Program-made: the position numbers and the translations under genes | In this document: positions 45,430 to 59,493 of the stretch, piece after piece | Layout of the letters: the number at the start of each line of letters is the position of its first letter | Numbering within the stretch: the stretch's first letter is position 1 | The notes under the pieces: model-generated | Told to the model about the DNA's origin: nothing | The model's input: only the letters and a program-made list of their open reading frames with translations | Database searches by the model: none | Source: an uncultured Alphaproteobacteria bacterium | GTDB lineage: Bacteria; Pseudomonadota; Alphaproteobacteria; Rhizobiales; Hyphomicrobiaceae | NCBI GenBank assembly: GCA_963742405.1 | Contig: CAVUMB010000010.1 | Location: forward strand, 80,957-144,956 | DNA: 64,000 nt | Reading direction: 5' to 3'

Positions 45430-46458
45430 TTAATATTGGTCCTCGAAGCGCTTGGCCAGTTCTTCAATATTGTCCGGCGGCCAGTTCGGTACTTCCATGC
45501 CCAGATGCAGGCCCATGGAAGCCAACACTTCCTTGATCTCGTTAAGCGACTTGCGGCCGAAATTCGGCGTCCGCAGCATTTCGGCTTCCGTCTTCTGGAT
45601 CAGGTCGCCGATGTAGACGATGTTGTCGTTCTTCAGACAGTTGGCAGAACGCACCGACAATTCGAGTTCGTCGACCTTCTTCAGCAGCGCGGCGTTGAAC
45701 GCCAGCTCCGGATGGCGCGTCTCTTCCTGCGGCTTCTTGGGTTCTTCGAAATTGATGAAGACAGCAAGCTGGTCCTGCAGGATGCGGGCCGCAAGCGCGA
45801 CGGCATCCTCGGCCCGAACCGAGCCGTCTGTCTCGACCGTCATCGTCAGCTTGTCGTAATCGAGAATTTGGCCCTCGCGGGTGTTCTCGACTTTGTAGGA
45901 AACCTTCTTCACGGGCGTGTAGATGCTATCGACCGCGATCAGACCGATCGGGGCGTCATCCGGACGGTTGCGCTCCGCCGGCACATAGCCCTTGCCCATG
46001 TCGGTCGTGAACTCCATCCGCACCGAGGCGCCCTGGTCAAGATGACAGATCACGTGCTCGGGATTCAGGATTTCGACGTCGGAAGATACTTCGATGTCGC
46101 CGGCCTTGACCGGCCCCGCGCCCTCTTTCTTGAGCACCATGCGCTTGACGCCGTCCGAATGCAGACGCAGCGCAATTTCCTTGATGTTCAGGATGATGTC
46201 GGTGACATCCTCGCGCACTCCGGCGATCGAGGAGAACTCGTGCAGTACGCCGTCAATTTGTACCGTCTTGATGGCGGCACCCTGCAGCGACGACAGCAGA
46301 ACGCGCCGGAGCGCGTTGCCGAGCGTCATGCCGAAACCGCGCTCGAGGGGCTCGGCGATCACCGTCGCCAGACGGGTACGATCGCGGCCCGGAATGATTT
46401 CGAGCTTTGTCGGCTTGATCAGGTCTTGCCAGTTTTTCTGAAGAACATTGCTTGTCAC
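45430..46458 (-). CDS. rpoA: DNA-directed RNA polymerase alpha subunit
   Basis: 342-aa ORF: ...[23 protein letters not shown]... and C-terminal [21 protein letters not shown]. Confidence 0.97.
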   Translation of the reverse strand: MTSNVLQKNWQDLIKPTKLEIIPGRDRTRLATVIAEPLERGFGMTLGNALRRVLLSSLQGAAIKTVQIDGVLHEFSSIAGVREDVTDIILNIKEIALRLHSDGVKRMVLKKEGAGPVKAGDIEVSSDVEILNPEHVICHLDQGASVRMEFTTDMGKGYVPAERNRPDDAPIGLIAVDSIYTPVKKVSYKVENTREGQILDYDKLTMTVETDGSVRAEDAVALAARILQDQLAVFINFEEPKKPQEETRHPELAFNAALLKKVDELELSVRSANCLKNDNIVYIGDLIQKTEAEMLRTPNFGRKSLNEIKEVLASMGLHLGMEVPNWPPDNIEELAKRFEDQY

Positions 46459-46621
46459 GTGGTGGCCTCTCTCAGGTGTCGAGCACGCATCTCGCCCAAA
46501 GGCGCGGCTCCTTTACCCAGGGGTCTATCGTCCGTGCCACATCAGGGGGCAAATGTGCAGCCGGAACGGCAATTCGGACGCGCCGGCCCATGAAGGCCGC
46601 AGCGTCCGGAGTGAAATAAAA

Positions 46622-47023
46622 TTAGACGCGACGGCGCTTGCGCGGCCGGCAGCCGTTGTGCGGGATGGGTGTCACATCGCGGATCGAGGTGATTTGAAAG
46701 CCGACGGCCTGCAGCGCACGAAGTGCGCTCTCACGACCCGAGCCCGGACCGCAAACCTCGACCTCGAGTACCTTCACACCATGCTCTTGGGCCTTTTTGC
46801 CGGCATCTTCAGCCGCCATCTGAGCCGCGAACGGTGTCGACTTACGCGAACCCTTGAAGCCCATCGTTCCCGACGACGACCAGGCGAGCGTATTGCCTTG
46901 CGCGTCGGTGATGGTGATCATGGTGTTGTTGAACGACGCACTCACATGCGCGACGCCCGACGTAATGTTTTTCTTTTCGCGGCGGCGAACCTTCGCGCGG
47001 CCCTGGGCCTGTTCCTTAGCCAT
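46622..47023 (-). CDS. rpsK: 30S ribosomal protein S11
   Basis: ...[22 protein letters not shown]...[13 protein letters not shown]. Confidence 0.95.
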   Translation of the reverse strand: MAKEQAQGRAKVRRREKKNITSGVAHVSASFNNTMITITDAQGNTLAWSSSGTMGFKGSRKSTPFAAQMAAEDAGKKAQEHGVKVLEVEVCGPGSGRESALRALQAVGFQITSIRDVTPIPHNGCRPRKRRRV

Positions 47024-47136
47024 CGTCTCTCAAACTCCTGCACTCCCGGATGCGGGAGCTCGTTTTCTGTTCGTGACTGCGACCGGCCGCTGGCCCGCAC
47101 CGACGTGCGAAGCAGGCAGGCTGCCCGCGAATGCGA

Positions 47137-47508
47137 TTAAGCCTTCTTCTTGCCGGCAATCGGCTTCGCCGGACCCTTGCGGGTACGAGCGTTCGTGTGT
47201 GTGCGCTGGCCGCGAACGGGCAGACCCTTGCGGTGACGCAAGCCGCGATAGCAACCCAGGTCCATGAGACGCTTGATATTCTGCGAAACTTCGCGGCGCA
47301 GGTCGCCCTCCACGATGAAATCGCGGTCGATCGTTTCGCGGATCTGGAGCACTTCGGCATCCGTCAGTTGGCTGACGCGGCGCTCGGCGGGGATGCCGAC
47401 ACCTGTACAGATCTGCTTAGCGAATTTGGGGCCGATCCCGTGGATGTACTGAAGCGCAATAACGACACGCTTCTGGGTCGGGATGTTCACACCTGCAATA
47501 CGAGCCAC
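47137..47508 (-). CDS. rpsM: 30S ribosomal protein S13
   Basis: [26 protein letters not shown]... Confidence 0.95.
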   Translation of the reverse strand: MARIAGVNIPTQKRVVIALQYIHGIGPKFAKQICTGVGIPAERRVSQLTDAEVLQIRETIDRDFIVEGDLRREVSQNIKRLMDLGCYRGLRHRKGLPVRGQRTHTNARTRKGPAKPIAGKKKA

Positions 47509-47749
47509 GATCTTCTCCTGGGCTTTCTAGTCCGTGCTGCCGGGCTCTCCGCTAGAGAACCAAGCAGTTATTTGCGCCAGCTAAAACGAAACGGAACCAG
47601 CCTTGCGATATTTTTTCGCCCGACCAATCCCATCAACCCTGCGTCATGAAAGCGCGGTGTTGTAGCTCGGCACTGTTCCTCAGTCAATCAGCCAAACAAA
47701 CGTGTCACACCGGAAAATTGTCAGGTTTAACCCTGGTTTTCCCGCCACA

Positions 47750-49711
<1,962 letters not shown>

Positions 49712-49854
49712 CGTGCTCTCTCCTGACCCTCGCCAGCCGGGCGGCGCTGAACCAACGCCATGGCAGTAACGCCCGCACATCCCACCCTGGACGGACCGGA
49801 ACATTGCATTCCGGCGTCGACAAGATATGGGACGGCAGGCGCAGCCCCGCTAGA

Positions 49855-50403
49855 CTAGTCCTCCGACTTCGCCGCGGACTTGCCCGAGCCCGCCTTTTTG
49901 GCAGCCGTCTTCTTGCGCTTGAATTCGTCGGCTTCGAGCACCTTGACCGCAATAATCGACAATGAACCGCCGGCATGCTCGATGGCGGACTTGGCCGTTG
50001 CCGACGCGCCGTTGGCTGTAACCGACAGCTTGGTTTTCAGTTCGCCGGTACCCAGAACGCGCAGGCCATCTTTCTCGCGACGCAGAACGCCGGCCGCGAT
50101 GAGAACCGCCAGGTCGACCGACTGTCCGGCCTTCAGCTTGCCGTCCTCGACCGCCTTTTGCAGCGCGCCGACGTTGATCTCGTTGAAGTCCTTGGCGCGC
50201 CACTTATTGAAGCCGCGCTTTGGCAAACGGCGATGCAGAGGCATCTGTCCGCCTTCGAAGCCGCCGATAGCGACACCCGAGCGAGCCGTCTGGCCCTTGC
50301 CGCCACGGCCACCTGTTTTGCCGCAGCCCGAACCGATACCGCGGCCGATGCGGACGCGCCGCTTGCGCGCGCCGGCGTTGTCGTTGATCTCATTGAGCCG
50401 CAT
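49855..50403 (-). CDS. rplO: 50S ribosomal protein L15
   Basis: [38 protein letters not shown]... Lys/Ala-rich C-terminal tail. Confidence 0.93.
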   Translation of the reverse strand: MRLNEINDNAGARKRRVRIGRGIGSGCGKTGGRGGKGQTARSGVAIGGFEGGQMPLHRRLPKRGFNKWRAKDFNEINVGALQKAVEDGKLKAGQSVDLAVLIAAGVLRREKDGLRVLGTGELKTKLSVTANGASATAKSAIEHAGGSLSIIAVKVLEADEFKRKKTAAKKAGSGKSAAKSED

Positions 50404-50436
50404 GGACGTGGCGCTCCTCAAACCTTTGTAAGTGCC

Positions 50437-50631
50437 TCAGGCCTCGTCGACGACGCGGACGAGGTGGGGGATGGAATTAATCATGCCGCGCACGGACGGA
50501 GTATCCTCCAGCGTGCGGCGGCGGTGAAGCTTGTCGAGACCCAGACCGCGCAAGGTCATCGTCTGCTTTTCTGGGCGACGGTTGGCGCTCGCGTATTGCT
50601 CGACCGTGACGGTCTTCTTTGTGTCAGCCAT
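50437..50631 (-). CDS. rpmD: 50S ribosomal protein L30
   Basis: 64-aa ORF: ...[25 protein letters not shown]... Confidence 0.9.
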   Translation of the reverse strand: MADTKKTVTVEQYASANRRPEKQTMTLRGLGLDKLHRRRTLEDTPSVRGMINSIPHLVRVVDEA

Positions 50632-50660
50632 GGCAGCGTTCCTTCAGATAGGCGCGACCG

Positions 50661-51242
50661 TTAAAGGTCGGCGCCGGCCTCTGAGGCGACCGAACCGTCG
50701 CGGCGGCGAGCCACGATGTCGGAAACCTTGAGATTACGACGAGCCGCCACGCCACGCGGATTCTCCTGGCCCTTGAGGGCGTCGAAGGTGGCGCGCACGA
50801 CATTGTACGGATTGGTGGAGCCGAGGGATTTGGCAACGACATCCTGAACGCCGAGCATTTCGAAAACGGCGCGCATGGCGCCGCCTGCGATGATCCCGGT
50901 TCCGGCCGGCGCCGAGCGAACGACGACCTTGCCAGAACCATGCCGGCCCTCGCTGTCGTGGTGAAGCGTGCGAGCATCGCGCAGCGGCACGCGCACGAGG
51001 TTGCGGCGGGCCGCTTCCGTGGCCTTGCGGATCGCTTCCGGCACTTCGCGCGCCTTGCCGTGCCCAAAGCCAACGCGGCCGCGCAGATCGCCGACGACCA
51101 CAAGGGCCGCGAAGCCGAACCGCTTGCCGCCCTTCACGACCTTCGCAACACGATTGATGTGCACGAGCTTGTCGGTGAATTCGCTATCGACCTTTTCGCG
51201 GTCGCGATCGCGTCCGCGCTTTTCCTGAGGTCCACGTGCCAC
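50661..51242 (-). CDS. rpsE: 30S ribosomal protein S5
   Basis: ...[24 protein letters not shown]...[16 protein letters not shown] 51242 is preferred (AAGGGA SD) over TTG 51248. Confidence 0.93.
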   Translation of the reverse strand: MARGPQEKRGRDRDREKVDSEFTDKLVHINRVAKVVKGGKRFGFAALVVVGDLRGRVGFGHGKAREVPEAIRKATEAARRNLVRVPLRDARTLHHDSEGRHGSGKVVVRSAPAGTGIIAGGAMRAVFEMLGVQDVVAKSLGSTNPYNVVRATFDALKGQENPRGVAARRNLKVSDIVARRRDGSVASEAGADL

Positions 51243-51258
51243 GGTCAAATCCCTTTCA

Positions 51259-51621
51259 TCAGAATTTCAAGCCGCCTTCACGCGCGGCCTCCGCGAGCGC
51301 CTTCACGCGCCCATGATAGAGGAAACCGCCGCGGTCGAAGACGACCGTGTCGATGCCGGCTTTGATAGCTCGCTCGGCAATAAGCTTGCCGACGACCGCC
51401 GCCGCCGAAACGTCGGCACCGGTTTTGAGCGAACCGCGCAAGTCCTTTTCGAGGGTCGAAGCGGCAGCGATCGTCTTGCCGGCCGTATCGTCAATGACCT
51501 GCGCATAGATATTCTTGCCCGAGCGATGCACCGATAGGCGCGGCCGGGTTCCGGAGTTCGCCTTGAGCGAACGGCGCACACGCGAGCGGCGCTTGTCGAA
51601 AACTGTGTCGTGCATAGCCAT
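51259..51621 (-). CDS. rplR: 50S ribosomal protein L18
   Basis: ...[20 protein letters not shown]...[26 protein letters not shown]. Confidence 0.95.
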   Translation of the reverse strand: MAMHDTVFDKRRSRVRRSLKANSGTRPRLSVHRSGKNIYAQVIDDTAGKTIAAASTLEKDLRGSLKTGADVSAAAVVGKLIAERAIKAGIDTVVFDRGGFLYHGRVKALAEAAREGGLKF

Positions 51622-51632
51622 GGATCGCGTCC

Positions 51633-52175
51633 TTACTTCTTCTTGCCTTCCTTGCGGAAGATATATTCGCCCTGATAGCGCACACCCTTGCCCTGATAAG
51701 GTTCCGGCTTGCGCGAAGAGCGGATGACGGCGGCCAATTCACCGACAGCCTGCTTGTCGATGCCCGATACGGTCACCTGGTCCTGCTTTGCACCACCGAC
51801 CTTCACATCGACGCCAGCGGGAACCTTGATGTTGACGTCGTGGCTGTAGCCGACCGCGAGCGTCAGGGTGTCTTTGCCCTTCATCGACGCCTTGAAACCG
51901 ACGCCGTGAATTTCGAGCGTATGCGAGTAGCCGTCCGTGACACCCTTGATCATATTCTGGATCATGGTGCGCGACATGCCCCACATCGAGCGGGCAGCCT
52001 TGGTCTCGTCGCGCGGCGTCACCTCGATACCGTCCGCCGTCGTCTCGACTTTGATCTGCTCCGGGCACGTGAACGACAGTTCGCCCTTGGCGCCCTTCAG
52101 TTTCACGGTCTGGCCGCTGACCGTCGCCGTGACGGCGGACGGGAGAGCGACCGGCTTCTTACCAATGCGTGACAT
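51633..52175 (-). CDS. rplF: 50S ribosomal protein L6
   Basis: [24 protein letters not shown]... ATG 52175 with AAGGGG SD. Confidence 0.95.
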   Translation of the reverse strand: MSRIGKKPVALPSAVTATVSGQTVKLKGAKGELSFTCPEQIKVETTADGIEVTPRDETKAARSMWGMSRTMIQNMIKGVTDGYSHTLEIHGVGFKASMKGKDTLTLAVGYSHDVNIKVPAGVDVKVGGAKQDQVTVSGIDKQAVGELAAVIRSSRKPEPYQGKGVRYQGEYIFRKEGKKK

Positions 52176-52217
52176 GGGTTCGACCCCTTGAACCACCCGG
52201 CTGCCCGGGCGCCTTCG

Positions 52218-52616
52218 TTAGAATATGTTGCAGATGATCTCGCCGCCCACGTTCTCTTCGCGGGCCCGCGAGTTCGACATAACGCCCTTTGGCGTCGACA
52301 GGATCGCGACGCCAAGACCGTTGCGCACGTTCTTCAATTCCTTAACCGGCGAGTACACACGGCGACCGGGCTTTGACACGCGCTCGATTTCGCGGATCGC
52401 CGGCTGGCCGTTATAGTACTTGAGCTCGATTTCGAATTCGGCCTCGATGCCTTTTTGTTCGACGCGAGCGTAACCGCGGATGTAGCCTTCCTCGGTCAGA
52501 ACGTCGAGCACGCGCGCGCGCATGTTCGATGCCGGAGTCGAGACTTTCGGACGCCGGCGAAGCTGCGCATTGCGGATGCGCGTCAGCATATCGCCGATGG
52601 GATCGTTCATTGCCAT
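52218..52616 (-). CDS. rpsH: 30S ribosomal protein S8
   Basis: [19 protein letters not shown]... Confidence 0.95.
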   Translation of the reverse strand: MAMNDPIGDMLTRIRNAQLRRRPKVSTPASNMRARVLDVLTEEGYIRGYARVEQKGIEAEFEIELKYYNGQPAIREIERVSKPGRRVYSPVKELKNVRNGLGVAILSTPKGVMSNSRAREENVGGEIICNIF

Positions 52617-52629
52617 CTTCTTCGTTCCC

Positions 52630-52935
52630 TTACCAGCTCGACTTTACGATGCCCGGAATGCGACCTTGGCTGGCGAGTTCACGAAGCTGGTTCCGGCACA
52701 GCTTGAACTTGCGATAGGTGCCCCGCGCGCGGCCAGTCAGCTCGCAACGATTGCGGATCCGAGTTGGATTCGAATTACGCGGCATCTCGGCAAGCTTCAG
52801 GCGCGCAGCGAAGCGCTCTTCCGCCGGCCGCTTTAGATCGTTGGCGATGTCTTTCAGGCGCTTCCGCTTACCCGCCGTTTGAGCGGCAAGCTTACGACGG
52901 CGGTTGTTTTTCTCAATCGAACTGGTCTTGGCCAT
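52630..52935 (-). CDS. rpsN: 30S ribosomal protein S14
   Basis: [16 protein letters not shown]...[11 protein letters not shown] (101 aa, long form). Confidence 0.95.
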   Translation of the reverse strand: MAKTSSIEKNNRRRKLAAQTAGKRKRLKDIANDLKRPAEERFAARLKLAEMPRNSNPTRIRNRCELTGRARGTYRKFKLCRNQLRELASQGRIPGIVKSSW

Positions 52936-52987
52936 TCAAATCCTCCAAAGGCCTTTCGGGCACATGTAACGGGACACCCGAGGTCCT

Positions 52988-53653
52988 CTAGCTGCGGAAG
53001 GGAAAATTGAAGCCGCGAAGCAGTTCGCGGGCCTCGTCATCGGTCTTGGCGGTCGTCACCACGATCACATCCATGCCGAGGACATTGTCGACCTCGTCAT
53101 AGTTGATTTCAGGAAACACGAGGTGCTCCTTCAGACCGCAGGCGTAGTTGCCACGACCATCGAAGCTCTTCGGGTTGAGACCGCGGAAGTCTTTCACGCG
53201 CGGCAGCGCGATGGTGACAAAGCGGTCCAGAAATTCGTACATGCGATCGCCGCGCAGCGTGACCTTGGCGCCGAGCGTCATGCCATCGCGCACCTTGAAG
53301 GTCGCGATCGACTTCTTGGCTTTGGTCATCTGCGGCTTCTGACCGGCGATCAAGGCGAGCTGGGCCGCCGCGACTTCGACCTTCTTGCGGTCGGCGGTCG
53401 CTTCACCCACGCCCATGTTCAGCACGATCTTTTCGATGCGCGGGATCTGCATTCTGTTCTTGTACTCGAACTTCGCCACCAACTCGTCGCGCACCGTCTT
53501 TTCGTAGTGCACTTTCATGCGTGGCTTGTAATCTGCCGGACGTGGCTTGGCCGGAGCGGCAGCGACAGGTGCTGCAGCTTTCTTGGGAGCCTTTGCCTTA
53601 ACGGCGGGACCGCCGCCCTGCGGCTTGCCACCCTTTTTGTCGTTCTCAGCCAT
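52988..53653 (-). CDS. rplE: 50S ribosomal protein L5 with ~36-40 aa Lys/Ala/Pro-rich N-terminal extension
   Basis: Core from ...[44 protein letters not shown]. The ATG at 53653 lies 3 nt after the rplX stop. There is no in-frame start just upstream of the conserved PR(M/L) segment. Confidence 0.9.
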   Translation of the reverse strand: MAENDKKGGKPQGGGPAVKAKAPKKAAAPVAAAPAKPRPADYKPRMKVHYEKTVRDELVAKFEYKNRMQIPRIEKIVLNMGVGEATADRKKVEVAAAQLALIAGQKPQMTKAKKSIATFKVRDGMTLGAKVTLRGDRMYEFLDRFVTIALPRVKDFRGLNPKSFDGRGNYACGLKEHLVFPEINYDEVDNVLGMDVIVVTTAKTDDEARELLRGFNFPFRS

Positions 53654-53656
53654 GGC

Positions 53657-53983
53657 TTACTTCTTCTCCGGAATGACTTCGCCAGAGCGCTTTGCAACAC
53701 GCACCTTGCGGCCGTCGTCGAGCATTTTGAAGCCGACCCGCGTCGGCTTTCCATCCTTGGGATCTTCGAGCGCCAGGTTCGACAGCTGGATCGCGGCTTC
53801 TTTCGAAATGATGCCGCCCTCCTGCTGCGCTGTCTGCTTCTGGTGCCGCCGAACGACGTTGACGCCGCGCACGACCGCCCGGCTCTCCTTCGGACGCACT
53901 TCGATGACTTCGCCGTGCTTACCTTTGTCGCGGCCCGTCAGCACGATGACGTGATCGCCCTTCTTGATCTTCTGAGCCGACAT
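53657..53983 (-). CDS. rplX: 50S ribosomal protein L24
   Basis: [26 protein letters not shown]... (last 108 codons of ORF 53657..54292). The start overlaps the rplN stop. Confidence 0.95.
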   Translation of the reverse strand: MSAQKIKKGDHVIVLTGRDKGKHGEVIEVRPKESRAVVRGVNVVRRHQKQTAQQEGGIISKEAAIQLSNLALEDPKDGKPTRVGFKMLDDGRKVRVAKRSGEVIPEKK

Positions 53984-54351
53984 CACAAAACCTCCGGCGC
54001 GAGCGACACGATCTTCATGTGGTTCTTGGCGCGCAGCTCGCGGGTCACCGGCCCGAAAATGCGCGTCCCGACCGGCTCGCCCTGTGCGTTGACCAGCACC
54101 GCGGCGTTGCGGTCGAAGCGGATCAGCGATCCGTCCGGCCGGCGCACACCCTTTGCGACGCGCACGATCACGGCCTTCATGACCTGCCCCTTCTTCACGC
54201 GCCCCTTCGGGATCGCCTCCTTCACCGACACGACGATCGTGTCGCCGATGGTGGCGTACTTGCGCTTGGAACCGCCCAGCACTTTGATGCACTGGACGCG
54301 GCGAGCGCCCGAATTGTCGGCGACGTCGAGATTGGTCTCCATCTGGATCAT
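53983..54351 (-). CDS. rplN: 50S ribosomal protein L14
   Basis: [28 protein letters not shown]... Confidence 0.97.
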   Translation of the reverse strand: MIQMETNLDVADNSGARRVQCIKVLGGSKRKYATIGDTIVVSVKEAIPKGRVKKGQVMKAVIVRVAKGVRRPDGSLIRFDRNAAVLVNAQGEPVGTRIFGPVTRELRAKNHMKIVSLAPEVL

Positions 54352-54464
54352 CGCGGTCGTCCTTCCCTTGCGGTCACCCTTCAGGGGACCAAAATTCTAA
54401 TCTTCGTCCGGCTCGTCAGATAACCCGCGCCGTCAGCCTGTATCAGCAGCCCGGCGCCCGGTTT

Positions 54465-54698
54465 TTAGACTTTCGCCAGAACCACCCAACGCTTGTTCTT
54501 CGAAATCGGCGCCGCTTCCTCGATAGAAACCTTGTCGCCGATCTTGAAGACGTTCGTCTCGTCGTGCGCGTGGTACTTCTTCGTACGACGCACGGTCTTT
54601 TTCAAAAGCGGATGGGTGAAGCGACGCTCCACCTGAACCACGATCGTCTTGTCGTTCTTATCGGAAACGACCACACCCTGCAGGACGCGCTTCGGCAT
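54465..54698 (-). CDS. rpsQ: 30S ribosomal protein S17
   Basis: [34 protein letters not shown]... Confidence 0.95.
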   Translation of the reverse strand: MPKRVLQGVVVSDKNDKTIVVQVERRFTHPLLKKTVRRTKKYHAHDETNVFKIGDKVSIEEAAPISKNKRWVVLAKV

Positions 54699-54710
54699 CG
54701 CTCAATCTCC

Positions 54711-54920
54711 TCAAGCGCTCTTCTGCGCACTACCCGCCCGCTTGGTGCGGGCAACCGTCATCACGCGCGCGATATCGCGGCGAACCTCGCGAATCCGCGA
54801 GGTGCTTTCCAGCTGCCCGGAAGCCCGTTGAAAGCGCAGGTTGAACTGCTCCTTCTTCAGCTTCACCAGCTGGTCGTCGAGCTGGTCGAGGGACATGCCC
54901 TTAAGCTCAGTAGCCTTCAT
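54711..54920 (-). CDS. rpmC: 50S ribosomal protein L29
   Basis: [31 protein letters not shown]... Confidence 0.95.
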   Translation of the reverse strand: MKATELKGMSLDQLDDQLVKLKKEQFNLRFQRASGQLESTSRIREVRRDIARVMTVARTKRAGSAQKSA

Positions 54921-54960
54921 CGTTCGTCCTCACTCATTCCTTGTCAGCGCGCTTCAGCGG

Positions 54961-55371
54961 TTAAGCGAGACGCGTCACGATACGGCACTTGATCGGCAGC
55001 TTGGCGGCGCCGAGTTCGAGCGCTTCCTTCGCGATCTGCGGATTGACGCCACCGATCTCAAACAGAATGCGGCCCGGCTTCACGCGCGCCACCCAAAGTT
55101 CGACACTGCCCTTTCCCGAGCCCATGCGGACTTCAGCAGGCTTCTTCGTTACCGGAACGTCCGGATAAATGCGCAGCCAGATGCGCCCTTGACGCTTCGT
55201 GTGACGGGCGATCGCGCGGCGAGCCGCTTCGATCTGGCGTGCAGTAACACGCTCCGGTTCGACGGCCTTGAGGCCGATCTCGCCGAAGCTCAGCGTCGTG
55301 CCGCTCTTCGCATCGCCATGGATGCGGCCCTTGAATTGCTTGCGGAACTTTGTGCGCTTGGGTTGCAGCAT
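54961..55371 (-). CDS. rplP: 50S ribosomal protein L16
   Basis: [19 protein letters not shown]... Confidence 0.97.
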   Translation of the reverse strand: MLQPKRTKFRKQFKGRIHGDAKSGTTLSFGEIGLKAVEPERVTARQIEAARRAIARHTKRQGRIWLRIYPDVPVTKKPAEVRMGSGKGSVELWVARVKPGRILFEIGGVNPQIAKEALELGAAKLPIKCRIVTRLA

Positions 55372-55389
55372 GATCTTTTCCTAAGTTCC

Positions 55390-56212
55390 TTAAGCCTCGG
55401 TCGGCGTTTCGGGAGTATCGGCAGGACGACCGGCACCAGCTCCGCCGCCACCTCCACCGCCACCACGACCACCGCGCGGACCGCCACGACGGTTGTCACG
55501 ACGTTCGCCATCATCGCGGCGTGGACGCGGACCGGCCTGATCCTGGGTTTCGAGCGAACGGCGCTCGGAAGCCATCGGATCGTGCTCAATAATCTCGCCT
55601 TTGAATATCCAGACCTTGATGCCGATGACGCCATAGGCGGTCTTGGCAAGGCCGTAACCAAAGTCGATATCGGCGCGCAGCGTATGCAGCGGCACGCGGC
55701 CTTCGCGGTACCATTCGGTCCGCGCGATTTCCGCGCCGCCGAGCCGGCCGGCGACGTTGATACGAATGCCGACCGCGCCGAGGCGCAGGGCCGACTGAAC
55801 CGCCCGCTTCATGGCGCGGCGGAAGGCAACACGACGCTCAAGCTGCTGGGCAATCGACTTCTGCGACCAGAGTCGCATCGATTTCCGGCTTGCGCACTTC
55901 GACGATATTGAGGTGCACTTCCGACGAGGTCAGCCGGGCGAGTTCGCCGCGCAGCTTCTCGATGTCGGCGCCCTTCTTACCGATCAGCACGCCGGGGCGC
56001 GCCGAATGCACGGTCACGCGGCACTTTTTGTGCGGGCGTTCGATGACGACCTTTGAAATGCCGGCCGTGCGCTGGTGCTGCATGATATGATCACGCATGA
56101 CCATGTCTTCGTGCAGCAGCCGGCCGTATTCGCCGCGGGCCGCAAACCAGCGGCTGTCCCACGTCCGATTGATGCCGACGCGCAGTCCGACGGGATTGAC
56201 TTTCTGACCCAT
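55390..56212 (-). CDS. rpsC: 30S ribosomal protein S3; frame interrupted by one extra base near 55858 (probable consensus error)
   Basis: ORF 55838..56212: [24 protein letters not shown]...[18 protein letters not shown] 55390..55878 carries ...[20 protein letters not shown]...[10 protein letters not shown].... Removing one base restores [13 protein letters not shown]. Span is 823 nt = 3n+1. Confidence 0.9.
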
Positions 56213-56664
56213 TACGCGGCCCCCTTCTTGGGCTGAGCCGCTGACTTGGCGGCCGGCTTGGTCTTTTTGGCAGCCGTCTTCGGCTCGGCCTCTTCAGGCT
56301 TCTGCCGCACGACGACGGTGATTTGCGAAAATGGTTTCAGGATTGACGAGCTGCGACCGCGGCCGCGAGCCGCGAAGCGCTTCAAAACCATGTTCTTGCC
56401 CACATAGGCTTCGGCGACGACCAGTTCGTCGACGTCGAGCCCATGATTGTTTTCGGCATTGGCAACCGCGCTCATCACACACTTGCGCACATCCTGGGCG
56501 ACGCGCTTGCGCGAGAACTCCAGGTCGGCCATGGCCTGGGCGACCTTCTTGCCGCGGATGAGTTCCGCGACGAGGTTCAGCTTCTGGGGCGAAATGCGAA
56601 TGTTCTTCGCGATCGCTTTGGCCTCGTTGTCCGCGAGGCTGCGCTCATGGCTCGGCTTGCCCAT
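56212..56664 (-). CDS. rplV: 50S ribosomal protein L22 (with Lys/Ala-rich C-terminal tail)
   Basis: ...[23 protein letters not shown]... Confidence 0.93.
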   Translation of the reverse strand: MGKPSHERSLADNEAKAIAKNIRISPQKLNLVAELIRGKKVAQAMADLEFSRKRVAQDVRKCVMSAVANAENNHGLDVDELVVAEAYVGKNMVLKRFAARGRGRSSSILKPFSQITVVVRQKPEEAEPKTAAKKTKPAAKSAAQPKKGAA

Positions 56665-56942
56665 TACTTCTTCACCGCTTTCTTGTCGCCGCCGTGGCCA
56701 GGGAAGGTCCGCGTCGGTGCAAACTCACCGAACTTGTGACCGACCATGTCCTCCGACACGGAGACAGGGATGTGCTTCTGGCCGTTATGGACGCCAAAGG
56801 TCAGCCCCACGAAGTGCGGCAAGATCGTCGAGCGACGGCTCCAGATCTTGATCACTTCGTTACGGCCCGACGCGCGCGTTTTCTCGGCCTTCTTCAGGAT
56901 GTAGCCGTCGACAAACGGGCCCTTCCAAACAGAACGTGTCAC
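56664..56942 (-). CDS. rpsS: 30S ribosomal protein S19
   Basis: [18 protein letters not shown]...[13 protein letters not shown]. Confidence 0.97.
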   Translation of the reverse strand: MTRSVWKGPFVDGYILKKAEKTRASGRNEVIKIWSRRSTILPHFVGLTFGVHNGQKHIPVSVSEDMVGHKFGEFAPTRTFPGHGGDKKAVKK

Positions 56943-56971
56943 TGCGTTATCTCCTAGCTCTGTCTCAGGCC

Positions 56972-57793
56972 TTACTTCGACTTGTGACGGCTGCGGATAA
57001 TGAACTTGTCCGTCGCCTTGTTTTTACGCGTCTTGTAGCCCTTCGTCGGCTTGCCCCAGGGCGTCGCCCAGTGCTTGCCGCCGTTGGTACGGCCGCCGTT
57101 GGGATGGTCGATCGGGTTCATGGTGATCGAACGCACCGTCGGGCGAGTGCCCTTCCAGCGCGTGCGGCCAGCCTTGCCCGTGACCGTGTTCATGTGGTCG
57201 GGGTTCGACACAGCGCCGACAGAGGCCATGCAATCGGCGCGCACTTTGCGCGTCTCGCCCGAGTTGAGTTTCAGCACGGCCCAGCCGGCATCGCGACCGA
57301 CGAGCTGCACGAACGATCCCGCCGACCGCGCCAGCTGACCGCCACGAAGCGGCTTCAGCTCGACGTTGTGGATGATCGTGCCGAGCGGCATGGCCGACAG
57401 CGGCATCGCATTGCCCGGCTTCACGTCCACCTTCGCCCCGGCCACAACCGTGTCACCGACGCCCAGACGCTGCGGTGCGAGGATGTAGGACAGCGTCCCA
57501 TCCTCGTACTTGATCAGCGCGATGAACGCCGTCCGGTTCGGATCGTATTCGAGCCGTTCGACCACAGCCGGCACATCGAATTTGCGCCGTTTGAAGTCGA
57601 CGTGGCGATACAGCTGCTTGTGACCGCCACCGATGTGACGAGTCGTGATGCGGCCATCGCTATTGCGGCCACCCGTCTTGGTTTTACCCTCGACGAGCAT
57701 CTTGACCGGTGAGCCCTTCCACAGGTGACTGCGGTCCACCTGAACGAGGTGGCGCAGGCCTGGCGACGTCGGGCGGTATGTCTTCAATGCCAT
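56972..57793 (-). CDS. rplB: 50S ribosomal protein L2 (atypical C-terminal conserved motif)
   Basis: [21 protein letters not shown]...[21 protein letters not shown]... The C-terminus reads [23 protein letters not shown] instead of the usual [19 protein letters not shown]. Confidence 0.93.
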   Translation of the reverse strand: MALKTYRPTSPGLRHLVQVDRSHLWKGSPVKMLVEGKTKTGGRNSDGRITTRHIGGGHKQLYRHVDFKRRKFDVPAVVERLEYDPNRTAFIALIKYEDGTLSYILAPQRLGVGDTVVAGAKVDVKPGNAMPLSAMPLGTIIHNVELKPLRGGQLARSAGSFVQLVGRDAGWAVLKLNSGETRKVRADCMASVGAVSNPDHMNTVTGKAGRTRWKGTRPTVRSITMNPIDHPNGGRTNGGKHWATPWGKPTKGYKTRKNKATDKFIIRSRHKSK

Positions 57794-57804
57794 GACGTTT
57801 TCCT

Positions 57805-58101
57805 CTAGAGGCCCGTCGTCACATCGATGGAGTGGCCGGCCTCCAACGTGACGATTGCCTTCTTGGTATCGGAGAGCAGCGCGCGGCGGCCCTTGAACAC
57901 CTTGTTCTTGCCCTTGCGGACGAGCGTATTAACGGCCTTCACCTTGACCTTGAACAGGCTTTCGACGGCGGCCTTGATGTCCGTCTTGGTGGCCCCCGGT
58001 GCGACCTTGAAGATCACTTGGTTGGCTTCCGAAACGAGCGTCGATTTCTCCGTGATCACAGGAGCCAGGATCACGTCATAGGATTTGAGCTTCACAGTCA
58101 T
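57805..58101 (-). CDS. rplW: 50S ribosomal protein L23
   Basis: ...[18 protein letters not shown]... Confidence 0.95.
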   Translation of the reverse strand: MTVKLKSYDVILAPVITEKSTLVSEANQVIFKVAPGATKTDIKAAVESLFKVKVKAVNTLVRKGKNKVFKGRRALLSDTKKAIVTLEAGHSIDVTTGL

Positions 58102-58721
58102 TTGAAACGGGCCTCCAGAGCCTCGACCGCGGCCTTCGTCAACACGAGCTTCCGGCGACGCAGAATGTCGTAGACGTTGATGCCCTGGATCGGCAGCAGA
58201 TCGATATTCGGAATATTGCGCGCCGCGCGAGCAAAGCCGACATCGAGTTCGGCGCCGTCGATGATCAGCGCGTTGTCGAGCGACAGCTTGGCGAACTGCA
58301 TCCGCAGAGCGCCCGTTTTGCCCTCCGACGAGGACGCCTTATCGAGCACGACGATATCGCCGGACTTGGCTTTCGCTGAGAGTGCATGACGCAAAGCCAG
58401 CGCCCGGACCTTCTTGGGCATATCGACGGCATGGCTACGCGGCTTGGGACCGTGCGCCTTGCCACCGCCGCGCCATTGCGGAACCGACTTGTCGCCGTGA
58501 CGGGCGCCGCCGGTCCCCTTCTGCTTGTACATTTTCTTACCCGTGACCGTAACTTCCGAACGGTCCTGGGCGTGATGCGTGCCGGCCATGCGCTTGAGGA
58601 GCTGATAGCGCACCATGCGGTGGATCAGGTCGGGGCGCGGCTCAAGGCCGAAGATCGCGTCGGCAAGTTCGACCTCACCGGCCGTCGTCGCATCCAGCGT
58701 GGTGACAGAGGCTTTCATCAC
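58098..58721 (-). CDS. rplD: 50S ribosomal protein L4
   Basis: 207-aa ORF: ...[30 protein letters not shown]... Confidence 0.95.
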   Translation of the reverse strand: MMKASVTTLDATTAGEVELADAIFGLEPRPDLIHRMVRYQLLKRMAGTHHAQDRSEVTVTGKKMYKQKGTGGARHGDKSVPQWRGGGKAHGPKPRSHAVDMPKKVRALALRHALSAKAKSGDIVVLDKASSSEGKTGALRMQFAKLSLDNALIIDGAELDVGFARAARNIPNIDLLPIQGINVYDILRRRKLVLTKAAVEALEARFK

Positions 58722-59422
58722 GCCTGCTCCTTCTTGTCGGCAGCGACGCGAGCCTTGAACGCGCCAGGCTTGGGCGTATTGGCATGCGCAGCCTTCTTAA
58801 CGGCGTCGCGAACGATGACCCAGCCGCCCTTCGAACCGGGAACGGCACCCCGGATCATGATCAAGCCGCGATTGGTGTCGATCTTGGCGACGATCAGGTT
58901 CTGGGTGGTAATACGCTCGTCACCGAGGTGACCAGCCATCTTCTTACCCTTGAACACCTTGCCGGGGTCTTGCCGCTGACCGGTCGAACCGTGCGAGCGA
59001 TGCGAGACGGAGACCCCGTGCGTGGCACGCAGACCACCGAAGTTCCAGCGCTTCATCGCACCGGCGAACCCTTTGCCCTTCGAGGTGCCCGTCACGTCGA
59101 CGAACTGTCCCGGAACGAAGTGGTCAGCCGTGATCTCAGCGCCAACCTCAATCAGGTTGTCGGGCGAAACTCGAAACTCGGCGAGTTTGCGTTTCGCCTC
59201 GACCTCGGCGACCGCGAATGTGCCCTTCTCCGACTTCGTCAGTCGCGAGGGCCGGCGTGTGCCGGCGCCGACCTGCAGCGCGGTGTAGCCGTTCTTCTCG
59301 GCCGTGCGATGCGAAACCACCTGTAGCTTCTCCAGCTTCAGGACAGTCACGGGCACATGCTCCCCGGCATCGGTAAAGATGCGGGTCATGCCGACCTTCT
59401 GTGCAATCACTCCGGAACGCAT
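58718..59422 (-). CDS. rplC: 50S ribosomal protein L3
   Basis: [16 protein letters not shown]...[50 protein letters not shown] 59422 has correct spacing to AGGAAGGA. ATG 59431 is an alternative. Confidence 0.95.
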   Translation of the reverse strand: MRSGVIAQKVGMTRIFTDAGEHVPVTVLKLEKLQVVSHRTAEKNGYTALQVGAGTRRPSRLTKSEKGTFAVAEVEAKRKLAEFRVSPDNLIEVGAEITADHFVPGQFVDVTGTSKGKGFAGAMKRWNFGGLRATHGVSVSHRSHGSTGQRQDPGKVFKGKKMAGHLGDERITTQNLIVAKIDTNRGLIMIRGAVPGSKGGWVIVRDAVKKAAHANTPKPGAFKARVAADKKEQA

Positions 59423-59493
59423 TGCGCGCATTCCTTCCTATCTTGGGATCATGACGCCGGCCGATTGCCTGAACGTCAGAGGATCCGAAACCT

